Assembly: GCA_963743205.1 (NCBI GenBank)
Contig: CAVUOW010000010.1
Coordinates: 11,379-75,378 of the forward strand
Origin: Candidatus Aminicenantes bacterium
GTDB lineage: Bacteria; Acidobacteriota; Aminicenantia; Aminicenantales; Saccharicenantaceae
Direction of reading: 5' to 3'
Length of the DNA: 64,000 nucleotides
Part shown: positions 42,713 through 51,528 of the stretch, one piece after another
Position numbering within the stretch: position 1 is the stretch's first letter
Layout: each line of letters opens with the position of its first letter
The notes under the pieces: model-generated
Database searches by the model: none
The model's input: the letters and a program-made list of their open reading frames with translations, nothing else
What the model was told of the DNA's origin: nothing
Position numbers and translations under genes: made by a program

Positions 42713-43268
42713 CTTTTCCTCCTGATTTCGTGGGGACCAACAGGGCGGACACGGCCCAATCCTGTCTCCGCGCCGATCCGTCCTGGGTCGCCATGTCCTT
42801 GACCTCGAGCAGGACCCGGTCCAGGATCTGCAGGCCGAGCTCCGGCTTCTGCTTCTCGCGGCCGCGCAACATGACCGTGATCTTGACCTTGTTGCCTTCC
42901 CCGAGAAAGCGTTTGACGTGCTTCATCTTGAAGTCGTAGTCATGGACGCTGATCTTCGGCCGGAACTTGATCTCCTTGATCTGGATCTGCTTCTGGTGCT
43001 TCTTGGCCTCGTGGTCCTTCTTGTGCTCCTCGTACAGGAACTTGCCGTAGTCCGTGATCTTGGCGACCGGCGGGTCGGCAGAGGCCGCGATCTCGACCAG
43101 GTCGAGGCCCTTGTCCCGGGCCAGCTGGATGGCCTGGACGGTGGGCATCACACCGAGGGCTTTCCGCTCCTCGTCGATGACCCGGACCTCGCGCGCCGTG
43201 ATCATCTCGTTGATCCGGTGGGGCTTGGCTTTGGCGACCGCAGGATAGAAACCGTGTCTCTTGAAAAT
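42627..43268 (-). CDS. infC: Translation initiation factor IF-3 (ATT start; 3' end uncertain)
   Basis: The IF-3 core RINEMITAREVRVIDEE... is open upstream of the listed ATG. SD GGAGGA plus 6 nt leads to ATT at 43268, and a non-AUG start is classic for infC. The frame has no stop until 42627, which is 86 nt inside rpmI. Confidence 0.85.
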   Translation of the reverse strand: MFKRHGFYPAVAKAKPHRINEMITAREVRVIDEERKALGVMPTVQAIQLARDKGLDLVEIAASADPPVAKITDYGKFLYEEHKKDHEAKKHQKQIQIKEIKFRPKISVHDYDFKMKHVKRFLGEGNKVKITVMLRGREKQKPELGLQILDRVLLEVKDMATQDGSARRQDWAVSALLVPTKSGGKDAKAKNPQGSPKEVQSHGQEKVPARPGE

Positions 43269-43281
43269 GTTGAGTCCTCCT

Positions 43282-45060
43282 CTAGAAATTCACAATGAGA
43301 CTTTTTTGGCTGTTGAACGCGAGGGCCTGCTCGAGGAACCGGGCGATAGCGATCTCGCCCTTGTCCCCCTGGCCGTGGACGCGGAGAGAGGCCGAGCCGC
43401 GCTCGACCTCCTTGTCGCCGACGACCAGGATGAGCGGGATCTTCTCGACCTCCGCCTGGCGGATCTTCTTGCCGACTTTTTCGCGGCTGAGGTCGACGGT
43501 CGAGCGCAGGCCGCCGGCGCGGAGCCGGTCGTCGAGGGATTTGGCGTAGGCCTCGTGGCGCTCGGCGATCGGCAGGATGACGGTCTGGACGGGGGCCAGC
43601 CACAGGGGGAAGCTCCCGTTGTAGTGCTCGATGAGGACGCCGAAGAAGCGTTCGAGAGAGCCGAGCAGGGCCCGGTGGACCATGTAAGGCCGGTGTTCCT
43701 GGCCGTCCTCGCCGACGTAAGTCATGCCGAAGCGCTCGGACATGTTGAAATCGAACTGGATGGTCGTGCACTGCCAGAGCCGACCGATGGCGTCCTTGAT
43801 CTTGATGTCGATCTTGGGACCGTAGAAGACCGCTTCGCCCTCCATCCGCTCATAGGGATAACCGCGGGTCTCCAGGGCCTTGATGAGCGACGCTTCGGCC
43901 TGGCGCCAGAGGGCGTCCGAGCCGGCATACTTGCCGAGGTTCTTCGGGTCGCGGACCGACAGCTCGATCTTGTTGTCGGTGAAGCCGAAGTCGGCCAGGA
44001 TGGAGACCGAGAAATCGAGGACCCGCAGGATCTCGTCCTCGATCTGCCCGGGCGTGCAGATGATGTGGGCGTCGTCCTGGGTGAAGCCGCGGACGCGCAG
44101 CAGGCCGTGGAGGGTGCCGCTGCGCTCGTAGCGGTAGACGGTGCCGAGCTCGGCCCAGCGCAGGGGCAGGTCCCGGTACGAGCGCATCCGGGACTTGTAG
44201 ATCTGGATGTGGAAGGGGCAGTTCATCGGCTTCAGGTAGTACGGCTGGTCGTCGATGTCCATGGGCGAGTACATGCTGTCCTTGTAGAAGCCGAGGTGGC
44301 CCGAGGTCTCCCACAGGGTCGCCCGCCCGATGTGCGGGGTATAGAGGACGTCGTAGCCGCCGGCCCAGTGGCGCTCGCGCCAGTGCTGTTCGATGACGGC
44401 CCGGATGCGCGCGCCCTTGGGGTGCCAGAGGATGAGCCCGGCGCCGAGGACATCGCTGGTGCTGAAGAGATCAAGCTCCGCACCGAGCCGGCGGTGGTCG
44501 CGCTTCTTGGCCTCTTCGAGCAGGCGCAGGTGGTCCTCGAGCTCCTTCCGGGTGGCGAAGACCGCGCCGTAGATCCTCTGCATCTGCGGGCCGTGCTCAT
44601 CGCCTTTCCAGTAGGCGCCCGAGACCGAGAGGAGCTTGACGTTCTCGAGAACGCCGGTCGAGGCCACGTGGGGACCGAGACAGAAGTCGGCGAACGGGCC
44701 CTGGCGATAGACGGTCACGGTCGCGTCGCCCTTTTCGCGGATGAGCTCGACCTTGAGCGGCTGCTTCCGCTCCTCGAACATGCGGATGGCCTCGTCCTTG
44801 GGCAGGACGAGCCGCTCGACGGGGATGTTCGACCGGGCGATCTCCTTCATCCGGGCCTCGATCCGCTCGAGGTCTTCGGGAGTGAACGGCGTGTCCCTGA
44901 GAAAGTCGTAGTAGAAGCCGGTCTCGACGGCCGGGCCGATGCCGGTCTTGGTCTCCGGGTAGAGGTCGAGGACGGCCTGGGCCAGGAGGTGGGCGGCGCT
45001 ATGGCGCAGGACATCGACCGAAAGATTAATTTCTTCGCTCATTCTCGTGTGCAGTCCCAC
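43282..45060 (-). CDS. thrS: Threonine--tRNA ligase (no TGS domain)
   Basis: 592-aa ORF with a GTG at 45060 and an alternative ATG at 45042. It starts directly in the editing domain (VLRHSAAHLLAQAV). Class II core and anticodon-binding domain follow. Confidence 0.95.
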   Translation of the reverse strand: MGLHTRMSEEINLSVDVLRHSAAHLLAQAVLDLYPETKTGIGPAVETGFYYDFLRDTPFTPEDLERIEARMKEIARSNIPVERLVLPKDEAIRMFEERKQPLKVELIREKGDATVTVYRQGPFADFCLGPHVASTGVLENVKLLSVSGAYWKGDEHGPQMQRIYGAVFATRKELEDHLRLLEEAKKRDHRRLGAELDLFSTSDVLGAGLILWHPKGARIRAVIEQHWRERHWAGGYDVLYTPHIGRATLWETSGHLGFYKDSMYSPMDIDDQPYYLKPMNCPFHIQIYKSRMRSYRDLPLRWAELGTVYRYERSGTLHGLLRVRGFTQDDAHIICTPGQIEDEILRVLDFSVSILADFGFTDNKIELSVRDPKNLGKYAGSDALWRQAEASLIKALETRGYPYERMEGEAVFYGPKIDIKIKDAIGRLWQCTTIQFDFNMSERFGMTYVGEDGQEHRPYMVHRALLGSLERFFGVLIEHYNGSFPLWLAPVQTVILPIAERHEAYAKSLDDRLRAGGLRSTVDLSREKVGKKIRQAEVEKIPLILVVGDKEVERGSASLRVHGQGDKGEIAIARFLEQALAFNSQKSLIVNF

Positions 45061-45124
45061 TCGGGCGGGCGATTCAAGTCCGGCCGTTCCGGCGGCTCGT
45101 TGAATTCTGACCGCTTGATACTCG

Positions 45125-45199
45125 TGGTAGGCGCGGAGGGGATTGAACCCACGGCCTCTTCCGTGTCAGGGAAGCGCTCTCCCACTGAGCTACGCGCCT
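45125..45199 (-). tRNA. tRNA-Val (anticodon GAC)
   Basis: The reverse complement folds as AGGCGCG-TA-GCTC-AGTGGGA-GAGC-G-CTTCC-CTGACAC-GGAAG-AGGCC-GTGGG-TTCAATC-CCCTC-CGCGCCT-A-CCA. Total 75 nt with encoded CCA. One U.U mismatch in the T stem. Confidence 0.88.
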
Positions 45200-45261
45200 A
45201 TCTAAAGCCTTCTAAAAGCCGTTCTATATTAAGCAAATCGGGGGTAACTGTCAATATGGCG

Positions 45262-45316
45262 GGAAATCGGGGACATGACCCTTTTCTCCGGAAAAGGGAT
45301 CGTGTCCCCGATTTCC
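45262..45316. repeat. 55-nt near-perfect hairpin / inverted repeat
   Basis: GGAAATCGGGGACA tga CCCTTTTC tccg GAAAAGGG atcg TGTCCCCGATTTCC. Outer arms pair over 14 bp and inner arms over 8 bp. No flanking T-tract on either strand. Confidence 0.8.
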
Positions 45317-45359
45317 TCAAAAAGCCTTCGTTTGTTCTATAATAAGGGGGAAATTGTCC

Positions 45360-45842
45360 ATGATCGGCATCCTCTCCGACACTCACGACAACCTGACCCG
45401 GGTCCGCGAGGCGGTCCGCCTGTTCAACGACGCCGGCTGCGACCTTGTCATCCACGCCGGGGACTTCGTCGCCCCCTTTACGGTCGACGAGCTCCGGAAC
45501 CTCCGCGCCCCGGTCCAGGGGGTCTACGGGAACTGCGACGGCGAGAGGGCCGGCCTGGCCAAGGCCTTTCAGGGGGTGGGCGAGATCCGGGAGGCTCCGC
45601 GGGCCTTTCTCCACGGCGGCCGCCGCTTCTGCGTCTGCCACTTCGACGCCCCGGTCCCGGGATATGCCGCCTCGAAAAGCTATGACGTCGTTGTCTACGG
45701 CCACACCCACCGCCCCCTCATCGAGTCCCGGAACGGCGTCCTCCTCATCAACCCCGGCGAAGCCGGCGGCTGGCTGGGCGGGAAGAGCACGGTCGCCCTG
45801 CTCGACCCGGTCGCCCTGACCGCCGATATCATCACCCTTTAG
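45360..45842 (+). CDS. YfcE/MJ0936-family metallophosphoesterase
   Basis: Start at MIGILSDTHDN, with SD AAGGGGG 9 nt upstream. Motifs DLVIHAGDF, GNCD, YGHTHRP. Confidence 0.88.
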   Translation: MIGILSDTHDNLTRVREAVRLFNDAGCDLVIHAGDFVAPFTVDELRNLRAPVQGVYGNCDGERAGLAKAFQGVGEIREAPRAFLHGGRRFCVCHFDAPVPGYAASKSYDVVVYGHTHRPLIESRNGVLLINPGEAGGWLGGKSTVALLDPVALTADIITL

Positions 45843-46071
45843 AGGTCTATCATGCCCCACCCCGTCAACCGCCGCCAAAAGCCCGCCTGGAAGCAGGTGC
45901 GCCGCCCGCCGGCCCCTCTCCGCCAGCCGAACATGCCGAAACGGGCCCCCATCCGCAAAATCTCGCCTTCTTCGAAGCCCAGATAAGGCGCGGGCACAGT
46001 TCACTCGCCGGGAATACCCCGAGCGAAAAAACGTGATCGACCGCCCTGCCTGAACTCGACCCTCCTTATTA

Positions 46072-46100
46072 TTGATTTATAGCCTTTTATGGGCTATATT
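46072..46100 (+). promoter_or_regulatory. Near-consensus sigma70 promoter with embedded palindrome
   Basis: TTGATT (46072-46077) - N17 - TATATT (46095-46100) in an AT-rich island. TATAGCC-N7-GGCTATA (46078-46098) spans the spacer and the -10 element. Confidence 0.6.
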
Positions 46101-46179
46101 AATCATTCTTTTCGGACAATTGAAGATTTCGGAATTCTTGTACGGTGAAGTTTTTGCTTAAGAGGAAAGGAGAACGCGG

Positions 46180-47484
46180 ATGAAAAAGGTCCTGATCATG
46201 GGCGCCGCCGGGCGCGACTTCCACAATTTCAACACGTATTTCCGGGACAACCCGGACTACCGGGTGGTCGCCTTCACGGCGACGCAGATCCCGGACATCG
46301 AAGGCCGCAAGTACCCCGCGGCCCTGGCCGGGAAGCTCTATCCCAAGGGCATCCCCATTTTCGCCGAGGCCGACCTCGACAAGCTCATCGCCGCGCACAA
46401 AGTGGACGACGTCCACTTGGCCTACAGCGACCTGCCTCATGCGTACGTCATGGACAAGGCCTCCCAGGTCCTGGCCGCCGGCGCCAATTTCGTCCTCCTC
46501 GGCCCTTGCGACACGATGATCAAGAGCAAGAAGCCCGTCGTCTCCGTTTGCGCCGTCCGGACCGGCTCGGGCAAGAGCCAGACCAGCCGCAGGGTGGCCA
46601 CGATCCTCAAGGAGAAGGGCCGCCGCGTCGTCGCGATCCGGCACCCGATGCCCTACGGCGACCTGGTCAAGCAGAAGGTCCAGCGCTTCGCCACCTACGC
46701 CGACCTCGACAAGCACGAGTGCACGATCGAAGAGCGCGAGGAGTACGAACCCCACATCGACAAGGGCATCATCGTCTACGCCGGCGTCGATTACGGGGCC
46801 ATCCTCCGCCAGGCCGAGAAAGAGGCCGACGTCATCCTCTGGGACGGCGGCAACAACGACTTCTCCTTCTACAAGTCGGACCTCGAGATCGTCGTCGCCG
46901 ACCCCCACCGGCCCGGTCACGAGCTCTCCTTTTACCCCGGGGCGGTCAATTTCCGCCGGGCCGACGTCATCGTCATCAACAAGATGGACACGGCCACGCC
47001 GGAAGGCATCGAAACGGTCCTGGCCAACGCCAAGAAGTTCAACCCCAAGGCCAAGATCATCCGGGCCAACTCCCCGACCATCGTCAAGGACGGCGGCCGC
47101 ATCACCGGCAAGCGCGTCCTGGTCATCGAGGACGGACCGACCTTGACCCACGGCGGCATGAAGTACGGCGCCGGCATCGTCGCGGCCAAGAAGTACGGCG
47201 CGGCCGCGATCATCGACCCCCGGCCCTTCGCCGTCGGCTCCATCAAGAAGACCTTCGAGAAGTACAACCACCTCGACAACGTCCTGCCGGCCATGGGCTA
47301 CGGCGCCAAGCAGACCCGCGAGCTGGCCCAGACGATCGAGGCCATCGACTGCGACCTCGTCGTCAGCGCGACGCCCATCGACATCACCCGGGTCATCAAG
47401 GTCTCCAAGCCCATCCTCCGCGTCGGCTACGAGCTCGAGGAGATCGGCACGCCCACGCTCAAGGACGTCCTGAAGAAGTTCTAG
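46180..47484 (+). CDS. COG2403-like P-loop protein (family annotated as predicted GTPase / cyclic 2,3-diphosphoglycerate synthetase-like)
   Basis: 434-aa ORF with a strong SD (AGGAAAGGAG). Rossmann-like N-terminus (KKVLIMGAAGRDFHNF) and P-loop-like RTGSGKSQTS. The family assignment is from memory of similar proteins. Confidence 0.55.
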   Translation: MKKVLIMGAAGRDFHNFNTYFRDNPDYRVVAFTATQIPDIEGRKYPAALAGKLYPKGIPIFAEADLDKLIAAHKVDDVHLAYSDLPHAYVMDKASQVLAAGANFVLLGPCDTMIKSKKPVVSVCAVRTGSGKSQTSRRVATILKEKGRRVVAIRHPMPYGDLVKQKVQRFATYADLDKHECTIEEREEYEPHIDKGIIVYAGVDYGAILRQAEKEADVILWDGGNNDFSFYKSDLEIVVADPHRPGHELSFYPGAVNFRRADVIVINKMDTATPEGIETVLANAKKFNPKAKIIRANSPTIVKDGGRITGKRVLVIEDGPTLTHGGMKYGAGIVAAKKYGAAAIIDPRPFAVGSIKKTFEKYNHLDNVLPAMGYGAKQTRELAQTIEAIDCDLVVSATPIDITRVIKVSKPILRVGYELEEIGTPTLKDVLKKF

Positions 47485-47491
47485 GGGCCCG

Positions 47492-48442
47492 ATGAGACCG
47501 AAGATCGCCCTCGTCGCGTTCGGCGGCAACGCCATGCTGCCCGAAGACCAGAAAGGTCTGCAAGGCGAGCAGATGCGCAACGCCCAGAGGGCGGCCGAGC
47601 TCATGGTCCACATCGTCCGCAAGGGCTACGAGCTGATCATCGTCCACGGCAACGGGCCCCAGGTCGGGAACCTCCTCATCCAGATGGAGGAGGCGGCCAA
47701 CAAGATCCCGCCCTACTCGCTCGACGTCTGCGACGCGATGACCGAGGGCAGCATGGGCTTCATGCTGGAGCGGGCGCTCGTCAACGAGCTGCGGCGCCGC
47801 TCGATCGACAAGGAGGTCGCCTCCCTCATCACCCAGGTCGTCGTCGACAAGGACGACCCCGCGTTCGCCAAGCCGACCAAGCCGGTCGGCCCGTTCTATT
47901 CGAAGTTCCGGGGGGAGCAGCTGGCCCGGGAGAAGTCCTGGACGATGATCGAGGACGCCGGCCGGGGCTACCGCAAGGTCGTCCCGTCGCCCAGGCCGAT
48001 CGACGTCGTCCCCAAGGGCATCATCCGCGAGCTCGTCGAGGCCGGCCGCGTCGTCATCGCCGCCGGCGGCGGGGGCATCCCGGTCATCATCAACGGCAAC
48101 GGCCTCTTCGAGGGCGTCGAGGCCGTCATCGACAAGGACTATGCCGCGAGCCTGATCGCGCGCGAGGTCAAGGTCGACCTGTTCATCATCCTGACCGCCA
48201 TCGAGCGCGTCTTCATCAATTTCGGAAAGCCCGACCAGGCCGAGGTCCCGGTCCTGACCGTGGACGAGGCCCGGCGGCACCTGGCGGACGGCCAGTTTCC
48301 CCCGGGGTCCATGGGGCCCAAGATCCGGGCGGCCGTCGAATATATCGAAGCCGGCGGCCGGGAGGTCCTCATCACCAAGGACTCCCATCTCAAGGCCGCC
48401 CTGATCAACCGGTCGGGGACGCGGATCGTCGCGTCGGCTTAG
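47492..48442 (+). CDS. arcC: Carbamate kinase
   Basis: 316-aa ORF. IALVAFGGNAM, IIVHGNGPQVGNLL, IAAGGGGIPV. Confidence 0.93.
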   Translation: MRPKIALVAFGGNAMLPEDQKGLQGEQMRNAQRAAELMVHIVRKGYELIIVHGNGPQVGNLLIQMEEAANKIPPYSLDVCDAMTEGSMGFMLERALVNELRRRSIDKEVASLITQVVVDKDDPAFAKPTKPVGPFYSKFRGEQLAREKSWTMIEDAGRGYRKVVPSPRPIDVVPKGIIRELVEAGRVVIAAGGGGIPVIINGNGLFEGVEAVIDKDYAASLIAREVKVDLFIILTAIERVFINFGKPDQAEVPVLTVDEARRHLADGQFPPGSMGPKIRAAVEYIEAGGREVLITKDSHLKAALINRSGTRIVASA

Positions 48443-48453
48443 GAGGAACCGCG

Positions 48454-49377
48454 ATGCAAAAAGATTTCCTGTCCATTCGCGACCTGAGCGTCTATGAATT
48501 CGGCCAGATGCTCGACAAGGCCACAGAGGTCAAAAAGAACCCGGCCAAGTATCGCAAGGCGCTCAAAGACAAGATCTTGGCCATGATCTTCCAGAAACCG
48601 TCCCTGCGCACGCGGATGACCTTCGAAGCGGGCATGATCCGCCTCGGCGGCGAGGCCATCTACCTCGCCCCCTCCGACATCCAGATGGGCAGCCGCGAAG
48701 GCGCCTACGACATCGGCAAGAACCTCGAGCGCTGGGTCGACGGGATCATGATCCGGACCTTCGGCCACCAGATCGCGGTCGACCTCGCCGCAAGCTGCAA
48801 GATCCCGGTCATCAACGCCCTGACCGACCTGTCCCACCCGTGCCAGGCCATGGCCGACTTCCTGACCCTGCGCGAGCACAAGGGCGCGCTCTCGACCCTC
48901 AAGCTGGCCTACGTCGGCGACGGGAACAACGTCTGCCACAGCCTCATGCTGGCCGCAGCCAGGGGCGGGACGAAGATGGCCGTGGCGACGCCGCCCGGCT
49001 ACGAGCCGAAGCCGGAGGTCGTCAAGTGGGCCAGGGAAGACGGCCGGGAGACGGGCTTCGCCCTGACCTTGACGACTTCCGCGGCGGAGGCTGTGAGCGG
49101 GGCCGACGCCGTCTACACCGACGTCTGGGCCTCCATGGGCCAGGAAGCGGAGAAGGAGGCCCGGGCCCGCATCTTCGCGCCCTACCAGGTCAACGGCCGG
49201 CTCATGGCCCAGGCCAAGAAGGGCGCCCTATTCATGCACTGCCTCCCCGCTCACCGCGGCGACGAGGTGACCGACGAGGTCATCGACGCGCCCTATTCCG
49301 TCGTCTACGATGAGGCCGAGAACCGCCTCCACGCCCAGAAGGCCATCCTGATCGCGCTCTTGGGGGATAAGGACTGA
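48454..49377 (+). CDS. argF: Ornithine carbamoyltransferase
   Basis: 307-aa ORF. SLRTR, HPCQAMAD, DVWASMGQE, HCLPAHRGDEV. Confidence 0.93.
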   Translation: MQKDFLSIRDLSVYEFGQMLDKATEVKKNPAKYRKALKDKILAMIFQKPSLRTRMTFEAGMIRLGGEAIYLAPSDIQMGSREGAYDIGKNLERWVDGIMIRTFGHQIAVDLAASCKIPVINALTDLSHPCQAMADFLTLREHKGALSTLKLAYVGDGNNVCHSLMLAAARGGTKMAVATPPGYEPKPEVVKWAREDGRETGFALTLTTSAAEAVSGADAVYTDVWASMGQEAEKEARARIFAPYQVNGRLMAQAKKGALFMHCLPAHRGDEVTDEVIDAPYSVVYDEAENRLHAQKAILIALLGDKD

Positions 49378-49378
49378 T

Positions 49379-51514
49379 ATGAACGCCGAACCGACCAATC
49401 TGACCACGGTGTCCGACGCGGACCTCACCCTGGTCGAGCGCGAGCTCGAGCGGACGCCCCAGCCCCGATCGACGCACGACCTCACCGGCAAGCTGGCCTT
49501 CGAGAAGACGGCCACCGAACGGACCCAGGACGTCAAGAAATACGACTCCTACGCCCGCTATGACGTGGGCGACCTCATCGAGAAGGAATACAGCGAGCCC
49601 CTGACCGTCGGCAGCAAGTCGGTCGAGCACTTCGAGGGCCGGGTCATCCTCAAGGTCGTCGCCAAGACCTTCTCGCCGCATTTTCATTGCGACATGCTCG
49701 AGGTCGACTACCCCGGAGGCGGCGTCTTCCGGAAATATATCGATTACATGAAGAAGACGCGGACCCAGGTCCTCCTGCCCGCGAACTGCGACGGCCGCGA
49801 TTCGACCACCGTGATCATGGCCAAGGGCGACGATCCCCGGCTGACCGATCTGCCCATGACCGAGCGCGATCTCCGGACGCTCGAAAAGAACCTGCGCCTC
49901 CGGCTGGCCAAGGACACGAAAGTCTTCAGCTGGAACGATTTCTGGCAGCTCGCCGCGAAGCGCGTCGACATCCCGGCGGAAAAGGTCCAGGAGATCGAGG
50001 CCGATTTCGCCGCCACCCGCCATTCGGCCACGACCGAGGACCTGGTCCGGAAGTTCTTCGGCCTCGAGGCCTCGAACGACCTCTTCGACCTGACCTGCCT
50101 GAGCCTGAGCGCCCTGCTCGAGAAGAAGCACAAGAAGGACTTCATCCTCTTGGCCGATAGCGGCTGGGGCAAGTGGCATCTCAAATCGATCCTCAACGCC
50201 CTGCCCGAGGGCCTGGCCCTGTCCGCCCCGATGTCCGACGTGCCCGAGCTCGACGAGCTCGAGAAGCCGGAGATGAGCATCGTCCAGGACTTCCCGATCA
50301 AGATCTACCTGACCTGGCGCGAGATCGTGTCGGGCGGGATCAAGATCCCGCGCAGCCTGGGCAAAGAGCTCTCGCATGCCCGCGAGTACACGTTCACGGA
50401 TTCCGAGGCGGGCCAGCCGTACACCCTCTACTACTATCCGGTCCAGAACTTCTTTCTGGGCCTCCAGGATTTTTACACCCAGTACAACATCCCCCAGGGC
50501 GCCAGCCTGACCCTCGAGAGGACCGGCCCCACGGCCTTCAAGTTCTGGTTCAAGAAATCGAAGAAAAAGATGTCCGTCATCCGCCTCGGCTACGACGCCG
50601 AACGGGACGAGTTCACGGACAACGGCGAGGAGGCCTACACCTTCTCCGAGCCGAACAAGATCATCTACATCGAGCGCGAGACGCTCGGCCATCTCCTGCC
50701 TCTCACGGCGACGCGGGAGGGTTTCGATCTCCGGGACTTCGTCGTCACCATTTTCCGCGACCCCGTCCTGTCCACCTCGGCCCACTCCCTGCACTTCCTG
50801 CGGGCCTATCATCTCATCGACCTCGTCCGCCAGACGACCCAGGAGGACGTCGAGTACGTCCTGCTGAACTCGCCGGAATTCACCAAATCCGACAAGAAAA
50901 AAGGCGTCTTCACCTACCGCGAACCGTTCGTCGAGGAGGAGGAGACCGGCGAGGCTGTCTACCCCGAGGGCTACGAGGAGCCCGGGGCGGAGGCGTTCAC
51001 CCCCGAAGAGGCGGCCCTCGAAGCCGTGGCCGACGAGCTCCGGGGCGTCGGGCCCGGGGCCGGCTTCGAAGAGACCGAAGAAATGCCGATCGCTCCCCCG
51101 ACTCCCCCGGAGCCCGAAGCCGCGAAAAAGGTCAAGGAATTCAACAAGAAGAGGAAGCCCAAGACCGAGGGCGACAAGGGACCGCGCCCGAAGAAGAGCG
51201 AACGCCGGGTCATCGAGGAGAAGCTCGTCGAGGAAGAGTCGGTCCAGGAAGCCCTGGCCGCCGTCAAGGAAAAGCAGGACGAAGGCCTCGAACAGCGGGC
51301 CCGGGAGAAGAAGGAAGAATTCAAGCCGGCGCCGAAGAAGGAAGCGAAGAAAGAAGAGCCCAAGTTCGGCATCTTCGCCGACCTGCTCAAGTCGGCCCTG
51401 AAGAAGAAGCCCGAGGACGAGAAGGCCGGCGAGGCTCCTGAAGAAGCGACGCCCGAAGAACAGGCCGAAGAGAAGCCGTCGGAAGAGAAGCCCGAGGGCG
51501 AGGAATCCAAGTAG
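49379..51514 (+). CDS. Uncharacterized 711-aa protein with Lys/Glu/Pro-rich low-complexity tail
   Basis: The ATG lies 1 nt after the argF stop (tgatATG). The first roughly 520 aa have globular-looking composition with no motif I recognise. The last roughly 190 aa are E/K/P/A-rich (..KKRKPKTEGDKGPRPKKSERR..EEKPSEEKPEGEESK). Confidence 0.6.
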   Translation: MNAEPTNLTTVSDADLTLVERELERTPQPRSTHDLTGKLAFEKTATERTQDVKKYDSYARYDVGDLIEKEYSEPLTVGSKSVEHFEGRVILKVVAKTFSPHFHCDMLEVDYPGGGVFRKYIDYMKKTRTQVLLPANCDGRDSTTVIMAKGDDPRLTDLPMTERDLRTLEKNLRLRLAKDTKVFSWNDFWQLAAKRVDIPAEKVQEIEADFAATRHSATTEDLVRKFFGLEASNDLFDLTCLSLSALLEKKHKKDFILLADSGWGKWHLKSILNALPEGLALSAPMSDVPELDELEKPEMSIVQDFPIKIYLTWREIVSGGIKIPRSLGKELSHAREYTFTDSEAGQPYTLYYYPVQNFFLGLQDFYTQYNIPQGASLTLERTGPTAFKFWFKKSKKKMSVIRLGYDAERDEFTDNGEEAYTFSEPNKIIYIERETLGHLLPLTATREGFDLRDFVVTIFRDPVLSTSAHSLHFLRAYHLIDLVRQTTQEDVEYVLLNSPEFTKSDKKKGVFTYREPFVEEEETGEAVYPEGYEEPGAEAFTPEEAALEAVADELRGVGPGAGFEETEEMPIAPPTPPEPEAAKKVKEFNKKRKPKTEGDKGPRPKKSERRVIEEKLVEEESVQEALAAVKEKQDEGLEQRAREKKEEFKPAPKKEAKKEEPKFGIFADLLKSALKKKPEDEKAGEAPEEATPEEQAEEKPSEEKPEGEESK

Positions 51515-51528
51515 TTAGTTTCCTGCAG

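Noticed and set aside
45198-46004. 268-aa minus-strand ORF covering tRNA-Val, the hairpin and the antisense strand of the YfcE-like gene.
   Set aside because: Low-complexity Arg/Gly/Ala/Pro composition. It overlaps a well-supported tRNA and a motif-bearing phosphoesterase on the other strand.
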